Of a stretch of 64,000 nt of DNA, positions 1 to 10,304 are shown one piece after another. The translations under genes and the position numbers were made by a program. Location of the stretch: positions 195,811 through 259,810 of the forward strand of contig CANPFR010000001.1 in NCBI GenBank assembly GCA_947573445.1, read 5' to 3'. The stretch is from an uncultured Clostridia bacterium. GTDB lineage: Bacteria > Bacillota > Clostridia > TANB77 > CAG-508. The notes beneath the pieces were generated by a model. That model was given only the letters and a program-made list of their open reading frames with translations. It ran no database searches and had not been told where the DNA came from. Position 1 is the first letter of the stretch. Each line of letters opens with the position of its first letter.

Positions 1-1199
1 GACATATTAGCACATGTCCTACATAAATACATAGCAATTTGTCTTGGATAAACAATATCATTTGATTTTTTTGTGGAAATCAGGTCTTTTTTATCCAAAT
101 TGAAATATTTTGAAACAACTTCTTGTATGTAATCAGAAGATACTATTTTTTCTTTTTGAAGAGCTATTTCATTAATTGATTTTTCAGCTACTTCAATCGT
201 AATTGGACTGTGGATTAAAGAAGCATAAGCAGTAATTTTATTAAGTGCACCCTCCAATTCCCTTACATTTGAATTAATTTTTGTTGCAATGACTGATAAA
301 ATATAATCGTCAATTAAAATATTTTCTAGTTGAACTTTCTTCCTTAATATAGCGAAACGAGTTTCATAATCTGGCATTGAAACATCAGCAATCAGGCCCC
401 ATTCAAATCTAGTTTTTAGCCTTTCTTCAATTAGCGGAAGATCACGTGGTGGTCGATCACTAGAAATAATTACTTGTTTGTTGTTTTCACGCAACGTATT
501 AAAGGTGTGGAAAAACTCATTTTGCCCAGTTTTTCGATCTTTTAAAAATTGAATATCATCAATTAACAAGACATCCACATTTCGATATTTTTTTCGAAAG
601 CGTTCATTCTGATGATTTCCATCCTTTATGGCATTAATGATTTCATTGGAGAAATTTTCAGTTGTTACATATAAAATATTGGTATTTGGATTATTTTGCA
701 ATATTTTATTACCAATTGCATGCATTAAATGTGTTTTTCCTAAACCTACACCACCATAGATAAACAGTGGATTATAAGATGCGGCTGGTGAGTCTGCAAC
801 TGCTAAGGCTGCTGCATGTGCGAACTTATTATTGTCACCAACAACAAATGTATCAAATGTATATTTAGGATTTAAAAAGGTATTGGTATAACTTTCAGAT
901 TGTGTGTAATCTACTGTATTTTCTGGAGTATATTCCATTGTATTGAGTTCTGATTTTTCCACAATTTTGATTTCACAATTTTTATTTGTAATAAAGTTAA
1001 ATGTATTTAATACCAAGTCAAATAATCTTGATTCTATCGCATCTTTCTGGATTGTGGATTGAGCGATTAAAACGATTTTATGTTCATTTACGGAGTCAAT
1101 TTCTAAGTTTTTAATCCATGTTGTGTATGAAATATTTGTCATTTCTTCTTTTAAAAGGTTTTTTGCTTTTGTAAGTAAATCATTTTTATCAGAATACAT
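1..1199 (-). CDS. dnaA: Chromosomal replication initiator DnaA (N-terminal ~400 aa; the C-terminus lies beyond the window start)
   Basis: Reverse-complement translation begins MYSDKNDLLTKAKNLLKEEMTNISYTTWIKNLEI and contains the AAA+ Walker A block NPLFIYGGVGLGKTHLMHAIGN. The start codon (as CAT on the + strand) is at 1197-1199. The gene is divergent from rpmH, as at Firmicute origins. Confidence 0.9.
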   Translation of the reverse strand, partial: MYSDKNDLLTKAKNLLKEEMTNISYTTWIKNLEIDSVNEHKIVLIAQSTIQKDAIESRLFDLVLNTFNFITNKNCEIKIVEKSELNTMEYTPENTVDYTQSESYTNTFLNPKYTFDTFVVGDNNKFAHAAALAVADSPAASYNPLFIYGGVGLGKTHLMHAIGNKILQNNPNTNILYVTTENFSNEIINAIKDGNHQNERFRKKYRNVDVLLIDDIQFLKDRKTGQNEFFHTFNTLRENNKQVIISSDRPPRDLPLIEERLKTRFEWGLIADVSMPDYETRFAILRKKVQLENILIDDYILSVIATKINSNVRELEGALNKITAYASLIHSPITIEVAEKSINEIALQKEKIVSSDYIQEVVSKYFNLDKKDLISTKKSNDIVYPRQIAMYLCRTCANM

Positions 1200-1349
1200 C
1201 CATTTTTTCCTTTCTTTATTGTATATTGTGTATATTTTTAATAATTTGCAAAAGTAAATTTCCGTAAGTCAAAATATATTTCTTATAATATCAAAAAAAA
1301 AAAAAAATAGCAAGAGAAAATAAAAAATAAAATAACTTATTTTATTTAC

Positions 1350-1379
1350 TTGACTTTTTGTACACTTATATAGTATAAT
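1350..1379 (+). promoter_or_regulatory. Sigma-A-type promoter for rpmH (TTGACT-18-TATAAT), inside the dnaA/rpmH divergent intergenic region that also carries an A15 tract at 1293-1307
   Basis: TTGACT at 1350-1355 and TATAAT at 1374-1379, about 45 nt upstream of the rpmH start codon. Confidence 0.5.
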
Positions 1380-1425
1380 ACTTATACTTATGAGAAAAAA
1401 ATGAGTAAAAACAAGGAGGTGCAAA

Positions 1426-1560
1426 ATGAAAAGAACATATCAACCAAAAAAAAGACAAAGAAATAAAGTTCATGGTTTCAGAAAAAGAATGCAAACAAAA
1501 GCAGGAAGAAAAGTATTAAAGGCTAGAAGAAATAAGGGAAGAAAAAAACTTAGTGCATAA
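1426..1560 (+). CDS. rpmH: 50S ribosomal protein L34
   Basis: A 44-aa [47 protein letters not shown]. An RBS (AAGGAGG) lies 7 nt upstream. Confidence 0.93.
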   Translation: MKRTYQPKKRQRNKVHGFRKRMQTKAGRKVLKARRNKGRKKLSA

Positions 1561-1624
1561 TAAGAATAGGGGCATTTTGCGTCCCTTTTTTTATTATAAA
1601 TGTAAGTTTTTGAGTAGTAAAGAT

Positions 1625-1975
1625 ATGAAAAGAACTGTAATGATAAAAAGAAAATATGAATTCAAAATATTATTTTCCAGAGGCAAAATTTCTTACGGAA
1701 CTAACCTCACAATGTATATTTTAAAGAATAAATTAGGTGTGAATAAATTGGGGATAGCAGTAGGGAAAAAAAGTGGAAGAGCTGTGGATAGAAATCGAAT
1801 AAAACGACTAATAAAGGAAAATTACAGGCTTTCAGAGGAGTGTATAAAAAGTGGATATAATATTTTAATTTCTGTGAATAAAAAGTGTGAAATAAAAAAA
1901 ATTGATTTTTATGAAACTAAAAAAGAGTTACAAAGATTGTTCAAGAAATCAGGAATATGGACTGAGGAAACATGA
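1625..1975 (+). CDS. rnpA: Ribonuclease P protein component
   Basis: Its position directly after rpmH, basic composition and the conserved [14 protein letters not shown] motif. The ORF is open from 1553 and the start is uncertain (ATG at 1625 or 1640). Its stop overlaps the yidD start (ATGA). Confidence 0.8.
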   Translation: MKRTVMIKRKYEFKILFSRGKISYGTNLTMYILKNKLGVNKLGIAVGKKSGRAVDRNRIKRLIKENYRLSEECIKSGYNILISVNKKCEIKKIDFYETKKELQRLFKKSGIWTEET

Positions 1976-2193
1976 AGAAATTATTGATCCAATTAATTAA
2001 AGTATATAAAAAGAATATTTCTCCTTATTTATCACAAATGCTAGGTATTCATTGTAAATTTGAACCAACTTGTTCAGAATATACAAAACAAGCAATTGAG
2101 AAGTATGGGGCCATGAAAGGAACCTGGAAGGGGTTCAAAAGAATCATAAGATGTAATCCTTTTTCAAAAGGAGGATATGATCCATTAAAATAA
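1972..2193 (+). CDS. yidD: Membrane protein insertion efficiency factor YidD
   Basis: A 73-aa ORF with the conserved Cys pattern ([11 protein letters not shown]...RCNPF), in the canonical position between rnpA and yidC. Confidence 0.8.
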   Translation: MKKLLIQLIKVYKKNISPYLSQMLGIHCKFEPTCSEYTKQAIEKYGAMKGTWKGFKRIIRCNPFSKGGYDPLK

Positions 2194-2257
2194 ATCGATG
2201 TATAAATCTTTGATTTTATTACAACGATTTATACAAAATATAGAAAAAAAGGAGGAG

Positions 2258-3121
2258 ATGTTTTTGTTTAAGTTTTTTGCCAATATTTTTGGTTATGTAT
2301 TAAATTTTATTTATGGGATGGTGAATAATTATGGAGTAGCGATTATTTTATTTACTATATTATTAAAGCTAATAATGTTACCAATTTCCATAAAACAGCA
2401 AAAAACAATGAAAAAGTCCGCTAAAATTCAAGGACAAGTTAAAAAAATTCAAGAAAAATATAAAAATGACCCAACGAGAATGAATCAAGAGGTGATGGAT
2501 TTATATAAAAAAGAAAATATGAGTCCATTTAGTGGATGTTTAAGCTCGATTTTACAAATTGTATTGGTAATTTCTATGTTTTATTTGGTAAGTAGACCAT
2601 TAACTTATATGAAACATGTTGATACAGAACTCATTCATCAATACACACAAGAATTGCAAGAGGCTGAAGGGGCTGCAAATTATCAAGAAATAGGAATCAT
2701 TCGAACCAAGGCGTCAGAAGATGAAAGAGTTAATATTAATATGGATTTTTTGGGACTTAATTTGAGTAGTGTTCCATCACAGAATTATCATGATTGGAAA
2801 GTATTTATTATTCCAGTATTATATGTAATAACATCATTTATTTCAACACGAATTACGACTAATATGAATAAGACTAAGAAAAAAGAGGAAGAGAAACCAA
2901 AGGTTGATCCAAATACAAAGGAATTAATGAAAAAAGAAGAAGAAAATATTGACATGATGGAAGAGATGAATAAAAATATGATGATTATGATGCCAATTAT
3001 GACTGTATCTATCGCATTAATAGCACCATTAGGATTAGCACTATATTGGTTGATTAATAACATTTTTATGTTGGGAGAGAGATTAATCATCAATAAACTT
3101 TGTAAATCAGAGGAGGAGTAG
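2258..3121 (+). CDS. yidC: YidC/Oxa1-family membrane protein insertase (SpoIIIJ-like)
   Basis: Multi-TM protein in the conserved gene order. The ORF is open from 2198; the likely start is the ATG at 2258 after the AAGGAGG RBS. It has a K/E-rich cytoplasmic loop and C-terminal TM helices. Confidence 0.85.
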   Translation: MFLFKFFANIFGYVLNFIYGMVNNYGVAIILFTILLKLIMLPISIKQQKTMKKSAKIQGQVKKIQEKYKNDPTRMNQEVMDLYKKENMSPFSGCLSSILQIVLVISMFYLVSRPLTYMKHVDTELIHQYTQELQEAEGAANYQEIGIIRTKASEDERVNINMDFLGLNLSSVPSQNYHDWKVFIIPVLYVITSFISTRITTNMNKTKKKEEEKPKVDPNTKELMKKEEENIDMMEEMNKNMMIMMPIMTVSIALIAPLGLALYWLINNIFMLGERLIINKLCKSEEE

Positions 3122-3123
3122 AA

Positions 3124-3798
3124 ATGGATGATAAAACTTATGTTTTTGAAGGAAAAACGACAAATGAAGCAATTGAGAAGGGGTTAAAAGAGCTAAAGAC
3201 AACAAAATATAAAGTAGATATCAAAGTGCTGGAAGATGAAGAAAAAAAGACATTTTTTAGTATTTTGGCAACAAAGGTTGTTAAAGTTGAAATGAAGTTC
3301 AAAGAAGGTATGACAAAAAAGGAAGAAAAACAAGAACCAATGGATGTAACGCAGGTAATACAAGAATTGAAGAAGTTTATGGAAGATTTTTTGGCAAATT
3401 TGCCAACCAAAGGATTGAACTATGAAATAAAGCCAGAAGGAAACCTAATTAAAATCGATATTAAAGATGATAAAGCAGCTTATTTAATAGGATATAGGGG
3501 AGAGACATTAAATTCGCTACAAAGCATTTTAGCAAACATTGCAAGCAATGATAAACAAGAGAAAGTTCGTATTTTATTAAATATTAGTAACTATAGAGAA
3601 AAAAGAGAGCAAGATTTAAAAACATTGGCCAATAAAATTGCTGAATCGGTTACAAGAAATAAAAAATCGATCACCTTAGAGCCAATGATAGCTTATGACA
3701 GAAAAATTGTTCATAGTGTGTTACAAGAGCATGAAAAAGTAAAAACTTATAGTATAGGAAAGGAACCTTATAGAAAGGTTGTAGTGAGTCTAAAATAG
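3124..3798 (+). CDS. jag: Jag/KhpB-type RNA-binding protein (KH and R3H domains)
   Basis: Conserved position after yidC. The C-terminal R3H-like region (YDRKIVHSVLQEH) matches. RBS GAGGAGG. Confidence 0.8.
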   Translation: MDDKTYVFEGKTTNEAIEKGLKELKTTKYKVDIKVLEDEEKKTFFSILATKVVKVEMKFKEGMTKKEEKQEPMDVTQVIQELKKFMEDFLANLPTKGLNYEIKPEGNLIKIDIKDDKAAYLIGYRGETLNSLQSILANIASNDKQEKVRILLNISNYREKREQDLKTLANKIAESVTRNKKSITLEPMIAYDRKIVHSVLQEHEKVKTYSIGKEPYRKVVVSLK

Positions 3799-3820
3799 AA
3801 GCAAGAGCTTCTATTTTTTT
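3797..3820 (+). terminator. Intrinsic terminator after jag
   Basis: Hairpin AGAAGC-AAGA-GCTTCT followed by a run of 7 T. Confidence 0.6.
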
Positions 3821-3933
3821 ATTAACTTTAGAGAAAACCCCAGTTATACTAGGGGGATTAGGATAAGTCAACTGATAAAAAAATTCATAAAATGTAGAGT
3901 GTTACAATTGATAAAAAAAATCACAAAAAAGTA

Positions 3934-3962
3934 TTGACATAATAAATATAATGTGATATAAT
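3934..3962 (+). promoter_or_regulatory. Sigma-A-type promoter (TTGACA-17-TATAAT) driving the small transcription unit at 4021-4218
   Basis: Perfect consensus hexamers with 17-nt spacing. Confidence 0.55.
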
Positions 3963-4020
3963 AATAATTAAGAAAGAAGTTTATAGAAGAAAACCATGCA
4001 AAAAACAGGAGGGAAAAAAA

Positions 4021-4218
4021 ATGACAGAGAGAGAAAAAAAACAGGTGAATGCGAAATTTTGGAAAGTTTTCCATGCTAGTTTCAGTTCAGAAGAACTGGA
4101 AAGTATGACAAGAACAACTATCCGAGAAGAAAACATTTATTGGATGATGTATTGCGGTATGGCATACATCGCAAAGATTTCTGGCAACAAGGTTAGTGTT
4201 GCTAGGACAAGGGGATAG
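4021..4218 (+). CDS. Small hypothetical protein (65 aa) forming a self-contained promoter-RBS-ORF-terminator unit upstream of mnmE; it could instead be a leader or small RNA
   Basis: GGAGGG RBS 7 nt before the ATG. The ORF product MTEREKKQVNAKFWKVFHAS... matched no family I recognise. It is followed immediately by an intrinsic terminator. Confidence 0.3.
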   Translation: MTEREKKQVNAKFWKVFHASFSSEELESMTRTTIREENIYWMMYCGMAYIAKISGNKVSVARTRG

Positions 4219-4221
4219 AAA

Positions 4222-4250
4222 GGGGCGGAATAATTTCCGCTTTTTTCTTT
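4222..4250 (+). terminator. Intrinsic terminator (GCGGAA-TAAT-TTCCGC followed by T6)
   Basis: Perfect 6-bp GC-containing stem followed by TTTTTTCTTTTG. Confidence 0.6.
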
Positions 4251-4347
4251 TGTTTCATTATTCAATAATTTAGAAAATGGGATATAGTAAAAATATTTAT
4301 TTTTTATATAAATTCAACGTTAAGAAAGTAATTTCTTGCTTTTTTTC

Positions 4348-4376
4348 TTGCATTATTATGTATACGGTGGTATAAT
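4348..4376 (+). promoter_or_regulatory. Promoter for mnmE with an extended -10 (TTGCAT-17-TGGTATAAT)
   Basis: TTGCAT at 4348-4353 and TATAAT at 4371-4376, preceded by TGG. Confidence 0.5.
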
Positions 4377-4399
4377 ATTGCAAAAAGAAGGAGAAAAAT

Positions 4400-5758
4400 A
4401 TGAGTACAATTGTTGCTATTTCAACTTCACCAGGAGTTGGTGGGATTGGAATAATCCGAATGAGTGGAGAAAACTGTTTTGAAATATTAGAAAAAATTTT
4501 TGTACCGAAAAGTAAATCACCTATAAAAGGCTATTCTATGAAGTATGGAAAGATTGTGGATATCTGTGGAAAAGTTGTGGATGAGGTTCTAGTCTCCTAT
4601 TTTATGGAACCCAGAAGTTATACAACTGAAAATATGTGTGAAATCAATTCACATGGGGGCGTTGTTGTGATGAACCAAATTTTAGAGATTTGCTTGAGAA
4701 ATGGTGCAGTATTGGCAGAGCCAGGGGAATTTACGAAACGAGCATTTTTGAATGGAAGAATCGATTTATCACAAGCAGAAGCTGTTGTGGATATAATTCA
4801 TTCGAAAACAGATAAGGAGTCAAAGGTTGCAGCTCAACAGTTGGAAGGCAATTTATCTGAAAAAATAAAAAATATTCGTGAAAAAATGATTTCACTTTTA
4901 GCAGACATCGAGGTAACCATTGACTATCCTGAATATGACGTAGAGGACGTCACAGAATCGAAAATAAGCCACGTTTTAAAAGAAATCGACTTATATCTCG
5001 ACCAACTAGAAAAAAGCTTTTTAAATGGCAAAATTTTGCGTGAGGGGCTAAAAGTAGCTATAATAGGGAGACCAAATGCAGGAAAATCTTCTTTGCTAAA
5101 TTTAATGTTAAATGAAGAAAGAGCTATTGTCACAGATATAGAAGGTACAACACGTGATTCTATTGAAGAGTTTATCACAATTGAAGGTGTTCCACTCAAA
5201 ATTATTGATACAGCTGGGATTCGAAATGCGAAAGATGAAGTGGAGAAAATAGGTGTGGAAAAGTCGGTGAAAATATCAAATGAGAGTGATATTGTTTTAG
5301 CAATTTTTGATAGTTCCAAAGAATTGGATAACGAGGATCGAAAAATATTAGCGATGATAAAAGAAAAAAATGCTATTATTTTGCTTAATAAAATTGATTT
5401 AGGTAAAAAAGTAAACCTTACGGAAATAAGCAATTGCAATAAAAAAATTGTCGAAATTTCTGTTAAAAATAAACAGGGAATTGAACAGTTGTATCAAGAG
5501 ATTTCAGAACTTTTTAAACTGAATGAAATAGCAATTGATGGCGAATTGATTGTAAGTAACAATAGACATAAGAGTTTGATTATAAAGGCAAGAGATAATT
5601 TAAAAAAATCGCAAGACATTATTCGACAAAATATGCCAATTGATATCATTTCATCTTACTTAAAAGAAATTATTGAAGAACTTGGAAAGATAACGGGAGA
5701 GAACGTTACAGAGGATGTTATTAATGAAATTTTTGCGAAATTTTGTTTGGGAAAATAA
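4400..5758 (+). CDS. mnmE: tRNA modification GTPase MnmE (TrmE)
   Basis: 452 aa with the G-domain motifs (GRPNAGKSSLLN, DTAGIR, NKIDL) and the C-terminal CLGK motif. Confidence 0.92.
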   Translation: MSTIVAISTSPGVGGIGIIRMSGENCFEILEKIFVPKSKSPIKGYSMKYGKIVDICGKVVDEVLVSYFMEPRSYTTENMCEINSHGGVVVMNQILEICLRNGAVLAEPGEFTKRAFLNGRIDLSQAEAVVDIIHSKTDKESKVAAQQLEGNLSEKIKNIREKMISLLADIEVTIDYPEYDVEDVTESKISHVLKEIDLYLDQLEKSFLNGKILREGLKVAIIGRPNAGKSSLLNLMLNEERAIVTDIEGTTRDSIEEFITIEGVPLKIIDTAGIRNAKDEVEKIGVEKSVKISNESDIVLAIFDSSKELDNEDRKILAMIKEKNAIILLNKIDLGKKVNLTEISNCNKKIVEISVKNKQGIEQLYQEISELFKLNEIAIDGELIVSNNRHKSLIIKARDNLKKSQDIIRQNMPIDIISSYLKEIIEELGKITGENVTEDVINEIFAKFCLGK

Positions 5759-5836
5759 AACAAATGTTTTTGGAACAATATTTTTGTGTTCCACGTTTGT
5801 CAGATTTTGTCATAAAATGTAGAAAGGTGTAGAAAA

Positions 5837-7723
5837 ATGGGGTATAACGCAGGAAAGTATGATATTGCAGTAATTGGAGCAGGACATGCAGGTTGTGAAG
5901 CAGCATTGGCAGCAGCTCGATTAGGTATGAAGACATTGATTTTTTCGATTAGTTTGGAATGTGTAGCTAATATGCCATGTAATCCACATATTGGAGGTTC
6001 TTCTAAAGGTCATTTGGTAAGAGAAATTGATGCATTAGGTGGTGAAATGGGGAAAAATATTGATAAAACTTTAATTCAATTGAGAATGCTGAACACTTCT
6101 AAAGGGCCAGCAGTACATTCTTTGAGAGCACAAGCGGATCGTAAGAAATATCAAGCTGAAATGAAACATACTTTGGAAAAACAGGAAAACTTATATTTAA
6201 AACAAGCGGAGATTGTAGAAATAAAAGTAGAAGAAAACAAAATAAAATCGGTTGTAACAAATCTAGGGGCAGAATATGAGGTTGATTGCGTAATTTTAGC
6301 AACAGGAACATATTTAAAAGGAAAAGTATTTATTGGAGAAAATTCTTTTGAAAGTGGGCCAGATGGTGTATTTGCAGCAAATCAATTGTCAGAATGTCTA
6401 ACTAATTTGGGGATTGAAATTCAGCGTTTTAAGACAGGAACACCAGCAAGAATTAATAAAAAAAGCATTGATTTTTCAAAAATGGAGATACAAGAGGGCG
6501 ATTTAGATGTGGTTCCGTTTTCATTTGAAGATAAAGTGTTAAATATAGAACAAGAACCTTGTTGGTTGACTTATACAAATCACAAAACCCATGAAATTAT
6601 TCGAAAAAATTTACATAGATCTCCCTTATATGCGGGGATGATTGAAGGAACAGGGCCAAGATATTGCCCTTCGATAGAGGATAAGGTAGTGCGTTTTGCA
6701 GATAAGGAAAGGCATCAGATTTTTGTTGAACCAGTGGGAAAGGATACAGATGAAATGTATATTCAGGGCATGAGTTCGTCTTTGCCAGAAGATGTACAAA
6801 TTGCAATGTATCGTACTTTGCCAGGTTTGGAAAAGGCAGAGTTTACAAGACCTGCTTACGCTATAGAATATGATGCAATTGAACCATCACAATTGAAAAG
6901 TTCGTTGGAACTTAAGAAAATTAATGGAATGTTTTTTGCAGGACAAATTAATGGAACATCTGGTTATGAAGAAGCTGCTGCTCAAGGTATTATGGCAGGT
7001 ATTAATGCGGTGCATAAATTGAAAGGGAAAAGTCCAGTTATTTTGGATCGTTCGCAGGCTTATATTGGTGTTTTAATTGATGATATTGTGACGAAAAGTA
7101 CAGCAGAGCCTTATAGAATGATGACTTCTAGAGCAGAATATAGGTTATTATTAAGACAAGATAATGCTGATTTGCGATTAACAAAGATTGGTCATGATGT
7201 TGGTTTAATTTCTGATGAAAGATATGCTAGGTTTTTAGAAAAAAAGGTGCAAATTGAAAAAGAGGTAGAACGCTTAAAAACGACGAATATCAAGCCAAAT
7301 CAGGAAAATAATGCTGTTTTAGAGAAATGTGGAACGACACCAATTGCTTTTGGAACGAAAATGTCTGATTTATTAAAAAGAACAGAACTTACCTATGCAA
7401 ATTTGGAAGAAATTGATAAAGATAGGCCACATTTGGATAAGCAAGTTTGGGAAGAAGTCGAAATCATGGTAAAATACGAAGGCTATATTGATATGCAAAA
7501 GAAACAAGTAGAAGGTTTTAAGAAGATGGAACAGAAAATTTTACCAGAAAATATAAATTATGAAGAAATCAAAGGATTAAGATTAGAAGCAAGGCAGAAA
7601 CTCAATAAGTTTAAACCATATTCAATAGGACAAGCATCAAGAATATCAGGAGTTTCACCAGCTGATATATCGGTATTATTAATCTATTTGGAACAATATA
7701 AACATACCCAAAATAGAACCTAG
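5837..7723 (+). CDS. mnmG: tRNA uridine 5-carboxymethylaminomethyl modification enzyme MnmG (GidA)
   Basis: 628 aa with the N-terminal FAD-binding motif [23 protein letters not shown], in the conserved position after mnmE. Confidence 0.92.
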   Translation: MGYNAGKYDIAVIGAGHAGCEAALAAARLGMKTLIFSISLECVANMPCNPHIGGSSKGHLVREIDALGGEMGKNIDKTLIQLRMLNTSKGPAVHSLRAQADRKKYQAEMKHTLEKQENLYLKQAEIVEIKVEENKIKSVVTNLGAEYEVDCVILATGTYLKGKVFIGENSFESGPDGVFAANQLSECLTNLGIEIQRFKTGTPARINKKSIDFSKMEIQEGDLDVVPFSFEDKVLNIEQEPCWLTYTNHKTHEIIRKNLHRSPLYAGMIEGTGPRYCPSIEDKVVRFADKERHQIFVEPVGKDTDEMYIQGMSSSLPEDVQIAMYRTLPGLEKAEFTRPAYAIEYDAIEPSQLKSSLELKKINGMFFAGQINGTSGYEEAAAQGIMAGINAVHKLKGKSPVILDRSQAYIGVLIDDIVTKSTAEPYRMMTSRAEYRLLLRQDNADLRLTKIGHDVGLISDERYARFLEKKVQIEKEVERLKTTNIKPNQENNAVLEKCGTTPIAFGTKMSDLLKRTELTYANLEEIDKDRPHLDKQVWEEVEIMVKYEGYIDMQKKQVEGFKKMEQKILPENINYEEIKGLRLEARQKLNKFKPYSIGQASRISGVSPADISVLLIYLEQYKHTQNRT

Positions 7724-7787
7724 AGAAATACTAGGATTAAGGTTCCAATTTTACCTTTAAAATAAAAATATATAAAAAGGAGAAAAA

Positions 7788-8507
7788 ATGGATTTACAAC
7801 AATTTCAACAAATATTTAAGAAAGAATGCGAGAAAAATCAAATAGAATTTGAAGAAAGTAAAAGTGAATTATTGTATCAATATATGAATTTAGTCTTAGA
7901 ATGGAATGAAAAAATCAATTTAACCGCGATAATTGACAAAAGTAAGTTTATCGTGAAACATTATGTTGATTCCTTGACACTAAATCAATATATTGGAAAG
8001 GCTAATCGATTACTTGATATTGGCACTGGTGCTGGTTTTCCTGGAATTCCACTGAAGATATATAATCAAGATAAAGAGATAACGTTGATTGATTCTGTTA
8101 ATAAGAAAGTGATGGTTTTGCAGGATGCAATTGAGAAATTGCAACTTAAAAAAATCGAGGCTTTGCATATTCGTGCAGAGGATTTGGCACGAGATTTGGC
8201 CTATCGAGAGGGGTTTGATATCGTGACAACAAGAGCAGTTTCTAATCTTGCGACAATTAGTGAGTATATGTTGCCATTTGTAAAGCTTGGAGGAATTGCA
8301 ATTTGCATGAAGGGACCTAATGTGGATTTAGAATTAGAGGAGGCTCAAAATGCTATTAGGTTGCTTGGGGGAGAAATTGAGCAAATTGAAAGGTTGCATA
8401 TCAATCAAGAATTAGAACGAAATTTGGTTATGATTAAAAAAGTAAAAAAGACAGATGATAAATATCCAAGAGGGCAGGGAAAACCTGCAAAAGAGCCGAT
8501 TAGATAA
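7788..8507 (+). CDS. rsmG: 16S rRNA (guanine527-N7)-methyltransferase RsmG (GidB)
   Basis: 239 aa with the SAM-binding motif LDIGTGAGFPGIPL, in the conserved gene order. Confidence 0.88.
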   Translation: MDLQQFQQIFKKECEKNQIEFEESKSELLYQYMNLVLEWNEKINLTAIIDKSKFIVKHYVDSLTLNQYIGKANRLLDIGTGAGFPGIPLKIYNQDKEITLIDSVNKKVMVLQDAIEKLQLKKIEALHIRAEDLARDLAYREGFDIVTTRAVSNLATISEYMLPFVKLGGIAICMKGPNVDLELEEAQNAIRLLGGEIEQIERLHINQELERNLVMIKKVKKTDDKYPRGQGKPAKEPIR

Positions 8508-8535
8508 AAAGCAGGTGTAATCCTGCTTTTTATTT
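8506..8535 (+). terminator. Intrinsic terminator after rsmG
   Basis: AAAAAGCAGG-TGTAAT-CCTGCTTTTT followed by ATTTTG. Confidence 0.65.
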
Positions 8536-8626
8536 TGAACGAAAATAATTGACAAAATTTTCAAAATTTATTGACATATGAGAAAATATTTTATATGATA
8601 TAAGATATGAAAAAGGAGTGAGAATT

Positions 8627-9412
8627 TTGGGCAGAATTATAGCAATAGCAAATCAAAAAGGTGGAGTAGGAAAGACAACAACAGCAGTAAATGTAAGTTC
8701 AATTTTATCCAAAAAAGGAAAAAAAGTGATGTTGATAGACTGCGATCCTCAAGGAAATGCTACAAGTGGTCTTGGAGTAGAAAAAGATGAAGAATATTCA
8801 ATTTATGATGTTTTGGTAAATGAAGTTGACATAAAACAGACGTTGCAAGATACTTGTATCAAAACCTTGAAAATATGTCCTGCAAATGTGAATTTGGCAG
8901 GGGCTGAGGTGGAATTGGTCAATCAAATGTCACGAGAGCAAAGGATGAAATCTGCTTTGGAAAATGTAAGAAATGAGTTTGATTTTATTATAATAGATTG
9001 TCCACCTTCTTTGGGGTTAGTAACATTGAATGCTTTTACAGCATCAGATTCTGTTCTAATTCCAGTACAGTGTGAGTATTTTGCTTTAGAAGGTTTGGGA
9101 CAACTATTAAATACAATTAACCTTGTAAAAAAGCATTTGAATAAGAATCTTGAAATTGAAGGGGCTGTTCTTACAATGTATGATAGTAGAACAAATCTTT
9201 CGAATCAGGTTGTAAAAGAGGTTAAAAAATATTTCGGAGATAGGGTGTATAAAACGGTTATACCAAGGAATATTAAATTGAGTGAGGCACCAAGTTATGG
9301 AATGCCAATCATATTGTATGATGACAAATCGAAAGGAGCAAGATGCTATGAGAAGCTTTCAAAGGAGATTTTGAAGGCTGCGACAGAAAGAGAAAAGGAA
9401 AATGAAGAGTAA
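8627..9412 (+). CDS. soj: Chromosome partitioning ATPase ParA/Soj
   Basis: The Walker A box KGGVGKTTT and its similarity to Soj (MGRIIAIANQKGGVGKTTTAVN). The likely start is TTG at 8627 after the AGGAGTGAG RBS. The ORF track begins at GTG 8618, which overlaps the RBS. Confidence 0.85.
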   Translation: MGRIIAIANQKGGVGKTTTAVNVSSILSKKGKKVMLIDCDPQGNATSGLGVEKDEEYSIYDVLVNEVDIKQTLQDTCIKTLKICPANVNLAGAEVELVNQMSREQRMKSALENVRNEFDFIIIDCPPSLGLVTLNAFTASDSVLIPVQCEYFALEGLGQLLNTINLVKKHLNKNLEIEGAVLTMYDSRTNLSNQVVKEVKKYFGDRVYKTVIPRNIKLSEAPSYGMPIILYDDKSKGARCYEKLSKEILKAATEREKENEE

Positions 9413-9433
9413 GAAAGAATAGGGGGAAATACA

Positions 9434-10291
9434 ATGGCTAAGAAAACAGGCTTAGGTAAAGGATTAGATGCATTATTTTCAATGCCAGTTGAAGAAAAAG
9501 TGGAGCCAGTAGAGGCAAATCCAGTACAAAATGGTGTTGTGAAATTGAATGTTAATGAAATAGAACCAAATGTGAATCAAGCAAGGAAAATATTTGATGA
9601 GGAATCAATTGAAGATTTAGCATCTTCGATTAAGGAATATGGTGTTATTCAACCCATTTTGGTAACCAAAAAAGAGAAATATTACGAAATTATTGCTGGG
9701 GAAAGAAGATGGAGAGCCTCCAAGAAAGCTGGTTTGGATGAGATACCAGTCATTATTAGAGAGGATGATGATAGAAGAAATCAGGAAATATCATTAATTG
9801 AAAATATTCAAAGAGAGGATTTGAATCCAATTGAAAAGGCTCGCGGAATTCGAAAATTAATGGATGAATATCAATTAACCCAAGCTAAAGTTGCTGAAAT
9901 ATTGGGAAAGAGTAGGAGTAGTATTGCAAATACTGTTAGAATCCTAAATTTAGATGAAAGAGTATTGAAATTAGCATTAGAGGGTAAACTAACAGAAGGA
10001 CATTGTAAATCTTTGATGTCAGTGGAGGATCCAGATAGACAGTATCAAATGGCTTTATACATTATTGAATCAGGGGATTCTGTACGAGAGGCAGAAAAGA
10101 AAATGAAGGTTCGCAAACAAACACCAAAAGCAGATGATAAATACATACCAATTTATAAAGATATTGAAAATACTTTTCAAGGTTTTTTTGGAACAAAAGT
10201 AAAATTGGATGCAGGCATTAAGAAAGGAAAAATTATCATTCAATATAATTCGAATGATGATTTGGAGAGAATTTTAGATTTGATAAAATAA
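9434..10291 (+). CDS. spo0J: Chromosome partitioning protein ParB/Spo0J
   Basis: ParB N-terminal motif (IIAGERRWRA) and HTH region, directly downstream of soj. Confidence 0.88.
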   Translation: MAKKTGLGKGLDALFSMPVEEKVEPVEANPVQNGVVKLNVNEIEPNVNQARKIFDEESIEDLASSIKEYGVIQPILVTKKEKYYEIIAGERRWRASKKAGLDEIPVIIREDDDRRNQEISLIENIQREDLNPIEKARGIRKLMDEYQLTQAKVAEILGKSRSSIANTVRILNLDERVLKLALEGKLTEGHCKSLMSVEDPDRQYQMALYIIESGDSVREAEKKMKVRKQTPKADDKYIPIYKDIENTFQGFFGTKVKLDAGIKKGKIIIQYNSNDDLERILDLIK

Positions 10292-10304
10292 GGATGTGAG
10301 AAAA

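Noticed and set aside
3960-4400. T-box or known riboswitch upstream of mnmE
   Set aside because: I could not find T-box specifier or antiterminator motifs (AGAGA, GNUGA, UGGN-ACCA) or any riboswitch core I recognise. It is left as an unassigned small unit.
2788-5439. Antisense ORFs within yidC, jag and mnmE (2788-3093, 3138-3410, 3671-3871, 4924-5439)
   Set aside because: They are embedded in and antisense to well-supported conserved genes, and their products are low-complexity.
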